Positions 63,949-64,000 of a stretch of DNA of 64,000 nt are shown piece after piece; position 1 is the first letter of the stretch; the number at the start of each line of letters is the position of its first letter. The position numbers and the translations under genes are program-made. The stretch is from NCBI GenBank assembly GCA_024679065.1, contig JAGIQG010000040.1, positions 3,410,001-3,474,000 on the forward strand, given 5' to 3'. The notes beneath the pieces are model-generated. The model was not told where the DNA came from. It ran no database searches and saw only the letters and a program-made list of their open reading frames with translations. Source of the DNA: Sphyrna mokarran (taxonomy: Eukaryota).

Positions 63949-64000
63949 TGTTTCTGCCTGGTTTCGAACCGGGTACTTTTCACGTGTTAGACGAACGTGA
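63949..64000 (-). tRNA. tRNA-Val(AAC) 3' part, cut by the window edge
   Basis: Minus strand tcacgttcgtctAACacgtgaaaagtacccggttcgaaaccaggcagaaaca. Confidence 0.75.

Overview
Vertebrate genomic DNA, almost certainly from a cartilaginous fish (IgNAR-type V domains, HE1/V-SINE- and Deu-SINE-type SINEs, CR1 LINEs, Penelope elements); the species cannot be named from sequence alone. The window is part of the V region of an antigen-receptor locus, best read as TCR alpha/delta, with all segments on the minus strand. It holds three conventional TCR alpha/delta-type V segments with 23/24-bp-spacer RSSs (about 16.5, 36.8 and 39.2 kb). It also holds two tandem cassettes (about 0.9-1.9 kb intact, about 7.8-8.7 kb pseudogene) in which a NAR-like V with a long aromatic tail and a 12-RSS faces its own J with a 23-RSS and no separate D. 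Interleaved with the V segments are three intact two-coding-exon GPR139/GPR142-like class A GPCR genes. The rest is CR1 fragments (one very young family), SINEs, Penelope remnants, a retroviral-type gag-protease relic, decayed tRNA genes (one Pro-TGG copy with an intron-position insertion), microsatellites and two assembly gaps. All coordinates and translations were read by eye; repeat boundaries are approximate.
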